Shown here: positions 28,826-38,732 of the stretch, one piece after another
Position numbering within the stretch: position 1 is the stretch's first letter
How the letters are laid out: every line of letters starts with the position of its first letter
Assembly: GCA_002291925.1 (NCBI GenBank)
Contig: DBAY01000030.1
Location: 2,895-66,894, forward strand
Reading direction: 5' to 3'
Source: Alphaproteobacteria bacterium UBA998
GTDB lineage: Bacteria; Pseudomonadota; Alphaproteobacteria; Rickettsiales; UBA998
Length of the DNA stretch: 64,000 nt
Made by a program: the position numbers and the translations under genes
The notes under the pieces: generated by a model
Told to the model about the DNA's origin: nothing
Database searches by the model: none
What the model saw: only the letters and a program-made list of their open reading frames with translations

Positions 28826-29223
28826 TGTACGGACTGCTCGCACAAGGGGGCGCGGCGGCGCCGGTCGCGGCCGATGCGGCTGCCATGCTGCCCGGTGGCG
28901 CGCAAGGGGGCATTGCAAGCTTCCTGCCGTTCATCTTGGTGCTGGGTATCTTTTATTTCCTGCTCATCCGCCCGCAGCAGCGCAAGTTCAAGGATCACCA
29001 GACCATGGTTTCCGCGCTGAAAAAGGGTGACAAGGTCATCACCGGTGGCGGCATCATCGGCACCATCACCAAGTCCGACAAGGACGACACGGTGACCGTA
29101 CAGATTGCCGAGGGCGTCAGCGTGCAGGTGGCGCGTGCGACCATCGTGGGCATGTATGACAGCGCTCAGCAGCCCGCTCCTGCACGCGGCAAGCCTGCGG
29201 CAAAAGTGGCGAACGACAACTAG
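28825..29223 (+). CDS. yajC: Preprotein translocase subunit YajC
   Basis: FLPFILVLGIFYFLLIRPQQRKFKDHQTMVSALKKGDKVITGGGIIG. Confidence 0.9.
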   Translation: MYGLLAQGGAAAPVAADAAAMLPGGAQGGIASFLPFILVLGIFYFLLIRPQQRKFKDHQTMVSALKKGDKVITGGGIIGTITKSDKDDTVTVQIAEGVSVQVARATIVGMYDSAQQPAPARGKPAAKVANDN

Positions 29224-29323
29224 TCGCGTCCTTTGCGCCTCTCGTAAATCTCTTAACCAGAATCCGCTTTGGTTGTGTAAATAAATTCGGTATGTTCCGC
29301 GCCGAACATCACGTTGGATTGCC

Positions 29324-30907
29324 ATGCCTGATTTCCCGCTCTGGAAAATTCTTCTCGTCTTCTTCGTTACAGCGCTTTTCACTTACTTTACGCTGCCGAC
29401 CTTTGTTTCGCCGGAGTTGCGCGCCAGGCTGCCTGAATCCGCGCAGGATTTGACGCTGAACCTCGGCCTCGATCTGCGCGGCGGTTCGCACCTGTTGCTG
29501 GAGATTGATTTTGACAGTTACTTCCGCGAGCAGCGCGACCAGCTGTGGGATGATGTGCGCGCGGCCCTGCGCGAGACGAAGCTGGGCTACCGTGATCTCG
29601 CCATGGAAAACGGCATCGTGCGCTACCGACTGCCGCCCCACGCCACGGAGCGCGGCGGTTCGGTGCCCGATCTGCGCCGCCAGCTTGGCAGTGATTACGC
29701 GGTGAGCGAGGACGGGGACCAGGTCACCATTGCACTCACCGAGCGGGCGATAGCGGACAAGCGCCAGCAGCTGATCGAGCAGTCCATCGAGATCGTCAGC
29801 CGCCGCGTCAACGAGACGGGCACCAAGGAGCCGATCATCCAGCGGCAGGGCGATGCGCGGATTCTGTTGCAGGTGCCGGGACTGGATGACCCCTCGCGCC
29901 TGAAGAAAATCCTCGGCACCACAGCGAAGATGACGTTCCACCTGGTCAATAATGAGGTGACGCCGGAGCAGATCCAGAGCGGTCGCGTGCCAATTGGCAC
30001 TCGTCTTCTGCCCTCCGACGACCCGCGCGAGATGGTGGGCGGCCAGCCCTACCGCTTCCCCGTGTTCACAAAAGTCGAGCTGAGCGGCGAGATGCTGACC
30101 GGCGCCAACGCGACGTTCGAGAGCGGCCAGCCCGTGGTGGCGTTCCAGTTCAATTCGCTGGGAGCCAAGAAATTTGCGGAAATCACGCAGGCGAATGTGG
30201 GCAAGCCTTTTGCCATTGTGCTGGATAACAAGGTGATTACCGCGCCGCGTATCAATACGCCGATTCTGAACGGCAGCGGCATCATCACCGGTAGCTTCAC
30301 CGTGGAGAGTGCCAATAACCTCGCGCTGCTGCTGCGCGCCGGTGCCCTGCCTGCGCCGCTGAAGATCGTCGAGGAGCGTAGTGTGGGTCCAAGCCTTGGC
30401 AGTGATTCCATCGCGGCGGGCAAGAAGGCGGCGTTCATCGGTCTGGCTTTCGTGGTGGGCTTCATGGTGCTGAGCTATGGGCTGTTTGGTCTGTTCGCCA
30501 CGCTGGCGCTGTGCGTGAACATCATCATGCTGCTGGGCGCGCTGGCCTGCCTGCAGGCGACGCTCACCCTGCCGGGCATCGCCGGAATCGTCCTCACCTT
30601 CGGCATGGCGGTGGATGCGAACGTCCTCATTTATGAGCGCATCCGGGAGGAAGTCCGCCGTGGCCGCAGCCCGGCCACGGCAGTGAATAGCGGGTTCCAC
30701 GCGGCGTTTGGCACCATCATGGACTCCAACCTCACCGGCCTGATCGCGGCGGCGCTGCTGTTCACCTTTGGCACCGGGGCCATCAAGGGCTTTGCCGTGA
30801 CGCTCTCGCTCGGTATCATCACCTCGATGTTCACCGCCATCATGGTGACGCGCCTGTTCATTGCCCTCTGGCTGCACTGGTTCCGGCCGCGCAGCATCCC
30901 TATCTAG
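29324..30907 (+). CDS. secD: Protein translocase subunit SecD
   Basis: N-terminal TM helix, a large periplasmic domain (LNLGLDLRGGSHLLLE; IIQRQGDARILLQVPG) and a C-terminal 5-TM bundle (LTLPGIAGIVLTFGMAVDANVLIYERIREE). Confidence 0.95.
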   Translation: MPDFPLWKILLVFFVTALFTYFTLPTFVSPELRARLPESAQDLTLNLGLDLRGGSHLLLEIDFDSYFREQRDQLWDDVRAALRETKLGYRDLAMENGIVRYRLPPHATERGGSVPDLRRQLGSDYAVSEDGDQVTIALTERAIADKRQQLIEQSIEIVSRRVNETGTKEPIIQRQGDARILLQVPGLDDPSRLKKILGTTAKMTFHLVNNEVTPEQIQSGRVPIGTRLLPSDDPREMVGGQPYRFPVFTKVELSGEMLTGANATFESGQPVVAFQFNSLGAKKFAEITQANVGKPFAIVLDNKVITAPRINTPILNGSGIITGSFTVESANNLALLLRAGALPAPLKIVEERSVGPSLGSDSIAAGKKAAFIGLAFVVGFMVLSYGLFGLFATLALCVNIIMLLGALACLQATLTLPGIAGIVLTFGMAVDANVLIYERIREEVRRGRSPATAVNSGFHAAFGTIMDSNLTGLIAAALLFTFGTGAIKGFAVTLSLGIITSMFTAIMVTRLFIALWLHWFRPRSIPI

Positions 30908-30913
30908 GGAAGC

Positions 30914-31288
30914 ATGGACATCACCCCCGTCATCGCCGAATCGCGCCAGCTGATCGAAGCCTATGGCAATGGCGGATTCCGCATTGCCGGGGCGGATTAT
31001 ACGGGATCCGTGCTCATCTTTCCGGGTGAGACGCTGGCCTGGCCGCTGACAGACGTCACAGCCCTGACCCTGGAGCATCTGGCGCCCGCCTTCGAGCGCG
31101 CCGCCGAGATTGAGCTGCTGCTGATCGGCACCGGCAAGACGCACGGCTTCATCTCGCCCCGTCTAAAGGAAGAGGTGCGTCGGAGGGGCATTGTCATCGA
31201 CAGCATGGATACCGGCGCCGCGTGCCGCACGTTCAACGTGCTACTGGCGGAAGAGCGGCGCGTGGCGGCGGCGCTGATCGCCCAATAA
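30914..31288 (+). CDS. Mth938-domain (DUF498 / NDUFAF3-like) protein
   Basis: 124 aa with IEAYGNGGFRIAGADYTGSVLIFP...ELLLIGTG...IVIDSMDTGAACRTFNVL. Confidence 0.75.
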   Translation: MDITPVIAESRQLIEAYGNGGFRIAGADYTGSVLIFPGETLAWPLTDVTALTLEHLAPAFERAAEIELLLIGTGKTHGFISPRLKEEVRRRGIVIDSMDTGAACRTFNVLLAEERRVAAALIAQ

Positions 31289-31318
31289 AAAAGGGCGGCT
31301 GGTGCAGCCGCCCTTTTT
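31287..31318. terminator. Bidirectional rho-independent terminator between the Mth938-domain gene and sodB
   Basis: AAAAAA-GGGCGGCTG-gtg-CAGCCGCCC-TTTTT. A perfect 9-bp GC stem flanked by A and T runs. Confidence 0.75.
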
Positions 31319-31334
31319 CGTTTTCCAGCCGTGA

Positions 31335-31961
31335 TTACGCCGCTTTCGACATGCCCGCTTTTTGCAGGTTTTCGGCGACGAAGCTCCAGTTGACGAGCTT
31401 GCCGAGGAAGGTGTCGATGTAATCCGGGCGCTTGTTGCGGTAATCTATGTAGTAGGCATGCTCCCACACATCCATGGTGAGCAGCGCGGTTTCGCCATGC
31501 GCCATGGGAAGGTCGGCGTTCGGCGTCTTGCGCACCGCGAGTTTGCCGGATTTATCCAGCACCAGCCACGCCCAGCCGCTGCCGAACTGCGTGATGCCCG
31601 CGTTCTTGAACTGCTCGACAAATTTCTCGTAGGAGCCGAATTCCTGCGCGATGCGGTTGGCCAGCTCGCCGCCCGGCTGCCCGCCCGCGTTCGGGGCCAT
31701 GCAGTGCCAGTAGAAAGTATGGTTCCACACCTGCGCGGCGTTGTTGAAAATCTGCTGATCCTTCGGCTCCTGCGAACCGGCGGTTTTCTTGATGATGTCC
31801 TCGAGGCTCATCGACTCCATCGGCGTGCCCGCAATCAGCTCGTTTAGCTTGGTGACGTAGGCGTTGTGGTGCTTGCCGTGGTGGAATTCCAGCGTTTCCT
31901 TGGTCAGGTGCGGCTCCAGCGCGTCCTGGGCATAAGGAAGGGGGGGCAGGGTGAAAGCCAT
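31335..31961 (-). CDS. sodB: Fe/Mn superoxide dismutase
   Basis: FTLPPLPYAQDALEPHLTKETLEFHHGKHH and DVWEHAYYIDYRN motifs. Confidence 0.95.
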   Translation of the reverse strand: MAFTLPPLPYAQDALEPHLTKETLEFHHGKHHNAYVTKLNELIAGTPMESMSLEDIIKKTAGSQEPKDQQIFNNAAQVWNHTFYWHCMAPNAGGQPGGELANRIAQEFGSYEKFVEQFKNAGITQFGSGWAWLVLDKSGKLAVRKTPNADLPMAHGETALLTMDVWEHAYYIDYRNKRPDYIDTFLGKLVNWSFVAENLQKAGMSKAA

Positions 31962-32050
31962 GGGGTTACTCCTCGTAGAAAGCGGTTGTCAGCGCCTGAG
32001 AATGTAAGCCGACTTACCGTAAAAACAAGTCTGTAAAATGAAAAGGGGAT

Positions 32051-33634
32051 TTAATGCGCCGGGCGCACAGCCGCTTCCGGGCCTGTCTGCGGTACAGCGA
32101 CACGCGCCTGCCAGGAGGGGGCGCCGGGCGTTTCTGGCGCCGGCAGTTCCTTGCTAGGCTTCTGCAATGCCTGCGACCACGGATTCTGCCGCATCTCTTC
32201 CACGGCTTTCAGCAGCGAACCGCGCACGTCGCGGTCACGCAGCCCGAGCACTTCCTTCTGGCCGAGGAAGCCCGCCACGCACTCCACCAGTTCTTCCTGC
32301 CTAGCGCGCGGCTGGTGCGCGATGAGCTGCGCCGCCAGCGCGATGACGCTTTCATCCACGCTCTTGTCGCTTTTCACGCCGTCGCCATGGCCTTTGGACG
32401 AGAGCGCCACGAGAATCTCCGCCACGATGTTGGCGCCCACGAAAACCGCGCGATACCCCACTTCCGCACGGCGCTTGCTGCCGCCGTAATGCAGCGCAAT
32501 GCCCGTACTGATGGCATGGCACATGGTGCTCACCAGGTACCCGGCGGCCGTCACGCTCAGCGGATGGGCGCGCACCCATTCCCATGCTTTGTCGACGGTG
32601 CCTTCGGCCGGATGGTCGGGGTCCGGCTTTTTCTCTTTCACCAGCGTGCCGAACATGCCCGCGGCCAGCGTATTCATGCCAAGCCCTACATCCAGCCAGC
32701 CTTCCGTGCGGGTGTGCTTCAGGGCTTCCTTCTCGATGGCTTCGGCGGTGAGGACAGTCCCCGGCTTCGCTTTGCTGGTCATCCGTTTGGCGACCTGCTC
32801 GAGGGTCTCCACGTCCGCGCGGATCTGCTCCGGCGTCACGCGCACCTTCTGCCGGAACGCCGCGGCGGCCACGCAGACACCGGCCATGGCGAAGCATGTG
32901 TTGAGCAGCTCGGAAGGGTAATGGCGCAGGAAGCCGTTGAGCTTCTTCATCGGGTGCGCGTAGGTGTCATCGCTCAGGACGTTGGCGGCAAAGCCCTTGT
33001 CGAGCTGGATGTTCTGCTGGCTGACATACTCCGCCATTTTCTTGGACAGATCCTTGATCTGCAAATCGGAGGGATCCCACCGGCCGAAGATGAGCGAGGA
33101 AACCGTGCCCATGCCGTAGAACAGGCCGCCCAGCATGTCGAGCTTGCTGGCACCCTTGTAGCCATACATGAGGTAGGCGCTGTCGGCGACCAGGAACGCG
33201 CCGCCTGCACCCTGCAAGGTGCGTTTGCGCAGCTTGTCCTTCAGGCTGATATTGTCTTCTGGCTCGGGCGTGATCTCGGGCGTGCCGTGAACCCAGCCAT
33301 AGCTCTGCAGCGTATTCAGCAGCTTTGCTTCCTGCGGGAAGCCCCGCACTTCCAATACGGCCTGCCCTTTGTGCCCATTGGGCGTACATTGCAGGCCCAG
33401 CGCGGAGAGCTTGCAGTGAATATCCTTCAATTCGCTGATGGTAATGTCCGGCTTGGCATGCAGGTAGGCACGCACCGCACCGCCCTTGTTGCGGCGGAAG
33501 GTAATCTCATCGATTACGGGGGAAGCGGTATAGCGGTAGATGCTCAATGGCAGAACCTTTTGATGATGCTGGCGCTCGCTTTCTTCTTCGAGGCGGGCGC
33601 CTGCGAGGGAGTCAGCGGTTTCCAACTCTTTCAA
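32051..33634 (-). CDS. Uncharacterised polytopic membrane protein (about 527 aa)
   Basis: Balanced amino-acid composition, unlike the R/H-rich antisense ORF 32054..33676. About six hydrophobic segments follow a roughly 120-aa soluble N-domain. There is no ATG in the first ~150 codons, so a TTG start at 33634 is inferred. I recognise no family motif. Confidence 0.55.
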   Translation of the reverse strand: MKELETADSLAGARLEEESERQHHQKVLPLSIYRYTASPVIDEITFRRNKGGAVRAYLHAKPDITISELKDIHCKLSALGLQCTPNGHKGQAVLEVRGFPQEAKLLNTLQSYGWVHGTPEITPEPEDNISLKDKLRKRTLQGAGGAFLVADSAYLMYGYKGASKLDMLGGLFYGMGTVSSLIFGRWDPSDLQIKDLSKKMAEYVSQQNIQLDKGFAANVLSDDTYAHPMKKLNGFLRHYPSELLNTCFAMAGVCVAAAAFRQKVRVTPEQIRADVETLEQVAKRMTSKAKPGTVLTAEAIEKEALKHTRTEGWLDVGLGMNTLAAGMFGTLVKEKKPDPDHPAEGTVDKAWEWVRAHPLSVTAAGYLVSTMCHAISTGIALHYGGSKRRAEVGYRAVFVGANIVAEILVALSSKGHGDGVKSDKSVDESVIALAAQLIAHQPRARQEELVECVAGFLGQKEVLGLRDRDVRGSLLKAVEEMRQNPWSQALQKPSKELPAPETPGAPSWQARVAVPQTGPEAAVRPAH

Positions 33635-33779
33635 TCTAACAAAACTAGGTTACAGCTTTATTGCAGTTGCACGTAAAAGTTGGGCTTTTTGCAGGCATGG
33701 CGAAAAAAGTCTTTTCTTCCGCATTTTCAAGAGTATTGTGCGTGTATCTTTCTCCAATCGGCTTCTTTATCAGTCATTT

Positions 33780-33965
33780 ATGCACGACGAGCGCTATATA
33801 CAGCAGTGCGCCAAAGACTTGATAGCCGAATTTGGCGAGAAGGCCCTGGAAATCGCCGAGCGCAAGATGCGCGAATTGATGGAGAAAAACGATGTGAAGG
33901 AAGCCAGCCTCTGGCTGGCCGTGCTTTATGAAATCCACCGCAGCGATTCCCAGCAGGTGCATTGA
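33780..33965 (+). CDS. Small helical hypothetical protein (61 aa)
   Basis: MHDERYIQQCAKDLIAEFGEKALEIAERKMRELMEKNDVKEASLWLAVLYEIHR. The stop lies 3 nt before the TraX-family ATG. The start is uncertain (track start 33738). Confidence 0.4.
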   Translation: MHDERYIQQCAKDLIAEFGEKALEIAERKMRELMEKNDVKEASLWLAVLYEIHRSDSQQVH

Positions 33966-33968
33966 CGC

Positions 33969-34751
33969 ATGCTGTTTCTGGATGCCGGGCAGAATTACCG
34001 AAAATACGGGCCGCAAGCCACTACCCACGATCTCTATAAGTTCTTCGCCATTCTCCTGATGGTGGTGGACCATGTGGGGTTCGTGTTCTTCCCGCAGGAA
34101 ATGTGGTGGCGGGCGGTGGGGCGCCTGTGTGTGCCGGTCTGGCTGTTTCTGGCCGGATATGCCAGGCCTGCTCATGTACAGCGCGAATTTTTCTGGCTGA
34201 GCGGGCTGCTCGTGCTTACCGACTGGTATGTGGGCGAGCCGATTCTGCCGCTGAATATTTTTGTCACCATCATCATCAGCCGGCTGTTCGTAGCGTACGC
34301 TGATATGTTGAGGCAAAACGCCGCCGCTCTGGCGACGCTGGTCGCGATTGCCTTCGTTTTCCTGCCGTCAGCGTTTTTTGCCTTTGAGTATGGAAGCCAG
34401 GCTTTCCTTCTGGCGCTGGCCGGGTATTATTACCGCAATTACCCGGAACGCGGGCTGGCACCCGTTTCCCTCGTCATTGCCTGGGCCGTCTTCGCCGTCA
34501 TGCAGGCGGTATCGTTTGTGTTCACCCCGGTGCAAATCGCTTTCGTCGCCGTGGGGTGCGCTCTCGTCTGCATGGCATTGACCGGTTATCGCATTCAACC
34601 ACTGGCACACTCAGGCGGAAAATTGTGGGTGGCTCCGGTGAAATTCATCGCACGCAACTCGCATTACGTCTACGCGCTGCACCTTGTGGTTTTTTTGCTA
34701 ATACGCAAATGGATGCAATCGGGCGCGGACATGCCCATCCGCTGGCTGTAA
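33969..34751 (+). CDS. TraX-family integral membrane protein
   Basis: LYKFFAILLMVVDHVGFVFF and GRLCVPVWLFLAGYA resemble the TraX-family signature. About 7 hydrophobic helices. Confidence 0.6.
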   Translation: MLFLDAGQNYRKYGPQATTHDLYKFFAILLMVVDHVGFVFFPQEMWWRAVGRLCVPVWLFLAGYARPAHVQREFFWLSGLLVLTDWYVGEPILPLNIFVTIIISRLFVAYADMLRQNAAALATLVAIAFVFLPSAFFAFEYGSQAFLLALAGYYYRNYPERGLAPVSLVIAWAVFAVMQAVSFVFTPVQIAFVAVGCALVCMALTGYRIQPLAHSGGKLWVAPVKFIARNSHYVYALHLVVFLLIRKWMQSGADMPIRWL

Positions 34752-37409
34752 TCAGGCGGCCAGCAACTGTCGGATTCTGGCGAGCGCCGCTTCGCCCTTA
34801 GTGCCGTCCGGGCCGCCGCCTTGGGCCATCTCTGGCTTGCCGCCGCCGCCCTGGCCGCCAAGTTCCGGCACGGCCTGCTTCACCAGATCCGCCGCGTTGA
34901 TGCGGGGCGTGAGGTTCTTGCTCACCGCGATGACAATGGAGCCTTTGCCCTCGAATTCGGACGTGATGGCGACGACACCGTTCTGCAGCGGCTTCAGGAA
35001 GCCTTCCGCGATACCGCGCAGTTCCTTTGGCGGCAGTTCGGCGTAATGCTTGCCGATGAACTGGACATCTCCTAATTGCTCGGGCTTCACCTCGCCGTCG
35101 CTGCCGCCACTGAGGGCAAGCTTCTTCTTGGCGTCGGCGAGCTCCTTCTCCAGCTTTTTGCGGTCGCTCTGCAGCGCCTCGACGCGGGCAGCAATTTCCG
35201 CTGGGCCAACCTTGAGCAGTTCAGCGAGCGACTGCACCTGCATTTCCTGCTGGTTTAGGTAGTTGTAAGCCCCGTCGCGGGTGACGGCCTCGATACGGCG
35301 CACCCCGGCGGCGATGGCGGCTTCGGAGACGATCTTGAACAGGCCGATATCGCCCGTGCGCTCCACATGCGTGCCGCCGCAGAGTTCAACCGAATAATGG
35401 CCGCCTTCGTCATCGACGCCCATGCTGAGTACGCGCACTTCGTCGCCGTACTTCTCGCCAAAGAGTGCCATGGCCCCGGCGGCGATGGCGTCTTGCGGGC
35501 GCATCAGTTTGATGCTGACGTCGCGATTCTGCCAGACATACTGGTTTACTTCCGCTTCGATGACTTGCAACTCCTCCGGGGTGAGTGCCTTAGGATGGCT
35601 GAAGTCGAAGCGCAGGCGCTCTGGGGCTACTTGCGAGCCCTTTTGCGTGACATGCTCGCCGAGATGCTTGCGCAGGGCAGCATGCAGCAGGTGTGTGGCG
35701 GAGTGGTTGGCACGGATTTGCGAGCGACGCTTGGCGTCGATGGCCAGCTCCACATGGTCGCCCACTTTAAGCGTCGCGAGCAGCTTGGCTTGATGCGCGA
35801 ACAGATCGGGCAGGGGCTTAGAGGTATCCTCCACCGCCGCGATGACCGTTTTGCCGAGGCTGATAGTCCCGGTGTCGCCTACTTGCCCGCCGGACTCACC
35901 ATAAAACGGCGTCTGATTGGTGATGATGGCCACTTTGTCCCCAGCGACGGCTTCGTTCACTTCGGCTCCGTCTTTCACGATGGCCAGCACCTGCGCGCTG
36001 GCGGTGTCGGACATATAGCCGAGGAATTCGGTGGCGGGGACGCGTTCGCGCATGGCGTACCACAGCTCGGCAGTGGCTTTCTCGCCGGAGCCCTTCCACG
36101 CGGCGCGGGCGCGGGCGCGTTGTTCCTCCATGGAAGCTTGGAAGCCGTCGAGATCAACGGTCATGTCGTCACTGCGCAGGATGTCCTGCGTCAGGTCGAG
36201 CGGGAAGCCATAGGTGTCGTAGAGTTTGAAGGCGGCGTCGCCGGGCAGCGTGCCGCCAGTGCTGACCTTGGCGCGCTCTTCACCGAGCAGCTTCAGGCCG
36301 CGATCAAGCATGTCACGGAAGCGCTCTTCTTCCTGACGCAGCGTTTCGGTGATGAGCGCCTGTGCGCGGGTGAGTTCCGGATAGGCCGCGCCCATCTCGC
36401 TCACCAGCGCGGGTACGAGCTGGTACATCAGCGGCTTGCGCGCGCCGAGCAGGTGGATGTGGCGCATGGCGCGACGCATGATGCGGCGCAGCACATAGCC
36501 ACGGCCTTCGTTGGAGGGCAGCACGCCATCGGCAATCAGGAAGCAGCTGGAGCGCAGGTGATCGGCCACCACCTTGTGCGAAGGCTTGTGCTTGCCTTCC
36601 GCGGGGGTGCCAGTGAGTTGCTCAGAGGCGCGGATGAGCGCCTTGAAGAGGTCGATGTCGTAATTGTCATGCACGCCCTGCAGGACAGCGGTGAGGCGCT
36701 CGAGGCCCATGCCGGTGTCGATGGAGGGTTTGGGTAGGTCGATGCGTGTGTCGGCATCCACCTGCTCATACTGCATGAAGACGAGGTTCCAGATCTCGAT
36801 GAAGCGGTCGCCGAACCGGTCGGAGCCGTCGGCATTCAGTGACCAGCTTCCCTCGGCGGCGCCCTCTCCGTGGTCATAGAATATTTCGGAGCACGGGCCG
36901 CAGGGGCCGGTGTCGCCCATTGCCCAGAAATTGTCTTTCGTGGGGATGCGCAGGATGCGCGCATCATCGCAACCGGTGATTTTCTTCCATAAGGAGAAGG
37001 CTTCATCATCGGTGTGGTAGACGGTGAAGGAGAGCTTCTCTTTTGGAATGCCATACACTTTGGTGAGCAGTTCCCACGCGGCGAGGATGGCGCCTTCCTT
37101 GAAATAGTCGCCAAACGAGAAGTTGCCGAGCATCTCGAAAAAGGTGTGGTGGCGCGCGGTGTAGCCGACATTGTCGAGGTCGTTATGCTTGCCGCCAGCG
37201 CGGACACATTTCTGCGAAGTGGTGGCACGCGGCGGGGTGGGCGCGCGCTCGACGCCGGTGAAAATGTTCTTGAACTGGTTCATGCCCGCGTTGGCGAACA
37301 TGAGCGTTGGATCATTGTGCGGAATGAGCGGCGAAGAGGGCAGGACTTTATGGTCCTTTCCCTCGAAAAACCGCAGGAATTCCTGACGTGCGTCGTTGGT
37401 CGTAATCAT
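34752..37409 (-). CDS. alaS: Alanine--tRNA ligase
   Basis: 885 aa. [15 protein letters not shown], the editing-domain [12 protein letters not shown]...CGGTHV motifs and a C-terminal DHHA1-like [13 protein letters not shown]. Confidence 0.97.
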   Translation of the reverse strand: MITTNDARQEFLRFFEGKDHKVLPSSPLIPHNDPTLMFANAGMNQFKNIFTGVERAPTPPRATTSQKCVRAGGKHNDLDNVGYTARHHTFFEMLGNFSFGDYFKEGAILAAWELLTKVYGIPKEKLSFTVYHTDDEAFSLWKKITGCDDARILRIPTKDNFWAMGDTGPCGPCSEIFYDHGEGAAEGSWSLNADGSDRFGDRFIEIWNLVFMQYEQVDADTRIDLPKPSIDTGMGLERLTAVLQGVHDNYDIDLFKALIRASEQLTGTPAEGKHKPSHKVVADHLRSSCFLIADGVLPSNEGRGYVLRRIMRRAMRHIHLLGARKPLMYQLVPALVSEMGAAYPELTRAQALITETLRQEEERFRDMLDRGLKLLGEERAKVSTGGTLPGDAAFKLYDTYGFPLDLTQDILRSDDMTVDLDGFQASMEEQRARARAAWKGSGEKATAELWYAMRERVPATEFLGYMSDTASAQVLAIVKDGAEVNEAVAGDKVAIITNQTPFYGESGGQVGDTGTISLGKTVIAAVEDTSKPLPDLFAHQAKLLATLKVGDHVELAIDAKRRSQIRANHSATHLLHAALRKHLGEHVTQKGSQVAPERLRFDFSHPKALTPEELQVIEAEVNQYVWQNRDVSIKLMRPQDAIAAGAMALFGEKYGDEVRVLSMGVDDEGGHYSVELCGGTHVERTGDIGLFKIVSEAAIAAGVRRIEAVTRDGAYNYLNQQEMQVQSLAELLKVGPAEIAARVEALQSDRKKLEKELADAKKKLALSGGSDGEVKPEQLGDVQFIGKHYAELPPKELRGIAEGFLKPLQNGVVAITSEFEGKGSIVIAVSKNLTPRINAADLVKQAVPELGGQGGGGKPEMAQGGGPDGTKGEAALARIRQLLAA

Positions 37410-37467
37410 GGGGCAAGAAATAAAGGATTATGCCGTAGGTGGCAATGCGCAAAACGTTTTCAGTCTT

Positions 37468-37533
37468 GTCATTCCCGCGAAAGCGGGAATCCAGAGGCAA
37501 GGAAACAGAGATTCCCGCTTTTGCGGGAATGAC
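37468..37533. repeat. Palindromic element family B (two identical hairpin modules)
   Basis: gtcATTCCCGCgaaaGCGGGAATccagagg...gagATTCCCGCttttGCGGGAATgac. Confidence 0.85.
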
Positions 37534-37544
37534 AAAAAAGAAAG

Positions 37545-37586
37545 GAAAAAAGAAGGGGCCAGGATGCCCCAGCCCCTTCTTTTTCG
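37545..37586. terminator. Rho-independent terminator downstream of recA (A/T runs on both sides)
   Basis: AAGAAGGGGC ... GCCCCTTCTT 10-bp stem flanked by an A-rich run and TTTTT. It starts 15 nt past the recA stop. Confidence 0.6.
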
Positions 37587-37600
37587 AAAGCTTGTGCGTG

Positions 37601-38632
37601 TTACGCCACCTCTTCCATTTCTTCCGTCGGCGAGCCTTGCAAGGCCTCGCTGACCTGCCCGGCCTGCGCGCGGATGGTGGCTTCGATTTCGTCGGCCATT
37701 TCCGGGTGCTCTTTCAGGAAGGTGCGGGTGTTTTCCTTACCTTGCCCGATGCGAGTATCCTTGTAGGAGAACCACGCGCCGGACTTCTCGATGATGCCAG
37801 CTTTCACGCCGAGATCGATCAGTTCGCCCATCTTCGAGATGCCTTCGCCGTACATGATGTCGAAATCGACGACGCGGAAGGGCGGGGCAACCTTGTTCTT
37901 CACCACTTTCACGCGGGTCTGGTTGCCGACCACTTCTTCCTTGTCCTTGAGGGCGCCGATGCGGCGGATGTCGAGGCGCACGGAAGCGTAGAACTTAAGC
38001 GCGTTACCGCCGGTCGTCGTCTCCGGGTTGCCGAACATGACGCCGATTTTCTGGCGGATCTGGTTGATGAAGATCACCGTGCAGTTGGTGCGCGAGATGG
38101 AGGCGGTGAGCTTGCGCAGCGCCTGGGACATCAGGCGGGCTTGCAGGCCCATGTGGGCGTCGCCCATTTCACCTTCCAGTTCGGCGCGCGGCACGAGGGC
38201 GGCCACCGAGTCGATCACGACGAGGTCAACGGCCCCGGAGCGCACCAGCGTGTCGGCGATTTCCAGTGCCTGTTCGCCGGTATCCGGCTGGGAGATAAGA
38301 AGGTCTTCGATGTTCACGCCCAGCTTGCGCGCATAGACGGGATCGAGCGCGTGCTCGGCGTCAATGAAGGCGCAGGTGCCGCCTTTTTTCTGGCACTCGG
38401 CGGTGATTTGCAGGGTGAGGGTGGTTTTACCGGAGCTTTCCGGGCCGTAGATTTCAATGACGCGGCCCTTGGGCACGCCGCCCACACCCAGCGCGATATC
38501 CAGTCCCAGCGAGCCGGTGGAGATGACTTCCACCTGCAGGGCGTCCTTCTGGCCCAGCTTCATGATGGAGCCTTTGCCGAAGGTTTTTTCAATCTGGCTG
38601 AGGGCCGTGTCGAGGGCTTTCTGCTTATCCAT
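37601..38632 (-). CDS. recA: Recombinase RecA
   Basis: [27 protein letters not shown], Walker [13 protein letters not shown] and [37 protein letters not shown]. Confidence 0.97.
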   Translation of the reverse strand: MDKQKALDTALSQIEKTFGKGSIMKLGQKDALQVEVISTGSLGLDIALGVGGVPKGRVIEIYGPESSGKTTLTLQITAECQKKGGTCAFIDAEHALDPVYARKLGVNIEDLLISQPDTGEQALEIADTLVRSGAVDLVVIDSVAALVPRAELEGEMGDAHMGLQARLMSQALRKLTASISRTNCTVIFINQIRQKIGVMFGNPETTTGGNALKFYASVRLDIRRIGALKDKEEVVGNQTRVKVVKNKVAPPFRVVDFDIMYGEGISKMGELIDLGVKAGIIEKSGAWFSYKDTRIGQGKENTRTFLKEHPEMADEIEATIRAQAGQVSEALQGSPTEEMEEVA

Positions 38633-38732
38633 TTTTCGTTCCGATCCACACAAAAGTTAGTGCTTTAGATATAGGGTTCCAAGCGCCGGAAAACAAGCGA
38701 ATTAGGACGTTTTCCTATGGCTCTTTACACCA

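Noticed and set aside
29309-31144. 611-aa minus-strand ORF opposite secD and the Mth938-domain gene.
   Set aside because: Antisense shadow of a clearly identified secD; R/Q/H/D-rich composition.
32054-33676. 540-aa plus-strand ORF overlapping the 527-aa hypothetical membrane protein.
   Set aside because: A strand choice had to be made. The plus-strand product is R/H/A/F-rich and lacks hydrophobic helices or domains. The minus-strand product has balanced composition and coherent TM segments.
35367-38668. Long plus-strand ORFs opposite alaS (35367..36737, 37014..37532) and recA (37439..38668).
   Set aside because: Antisense to two of the most recognisable genes in the window. One of them also reads through a palindromic repeat.
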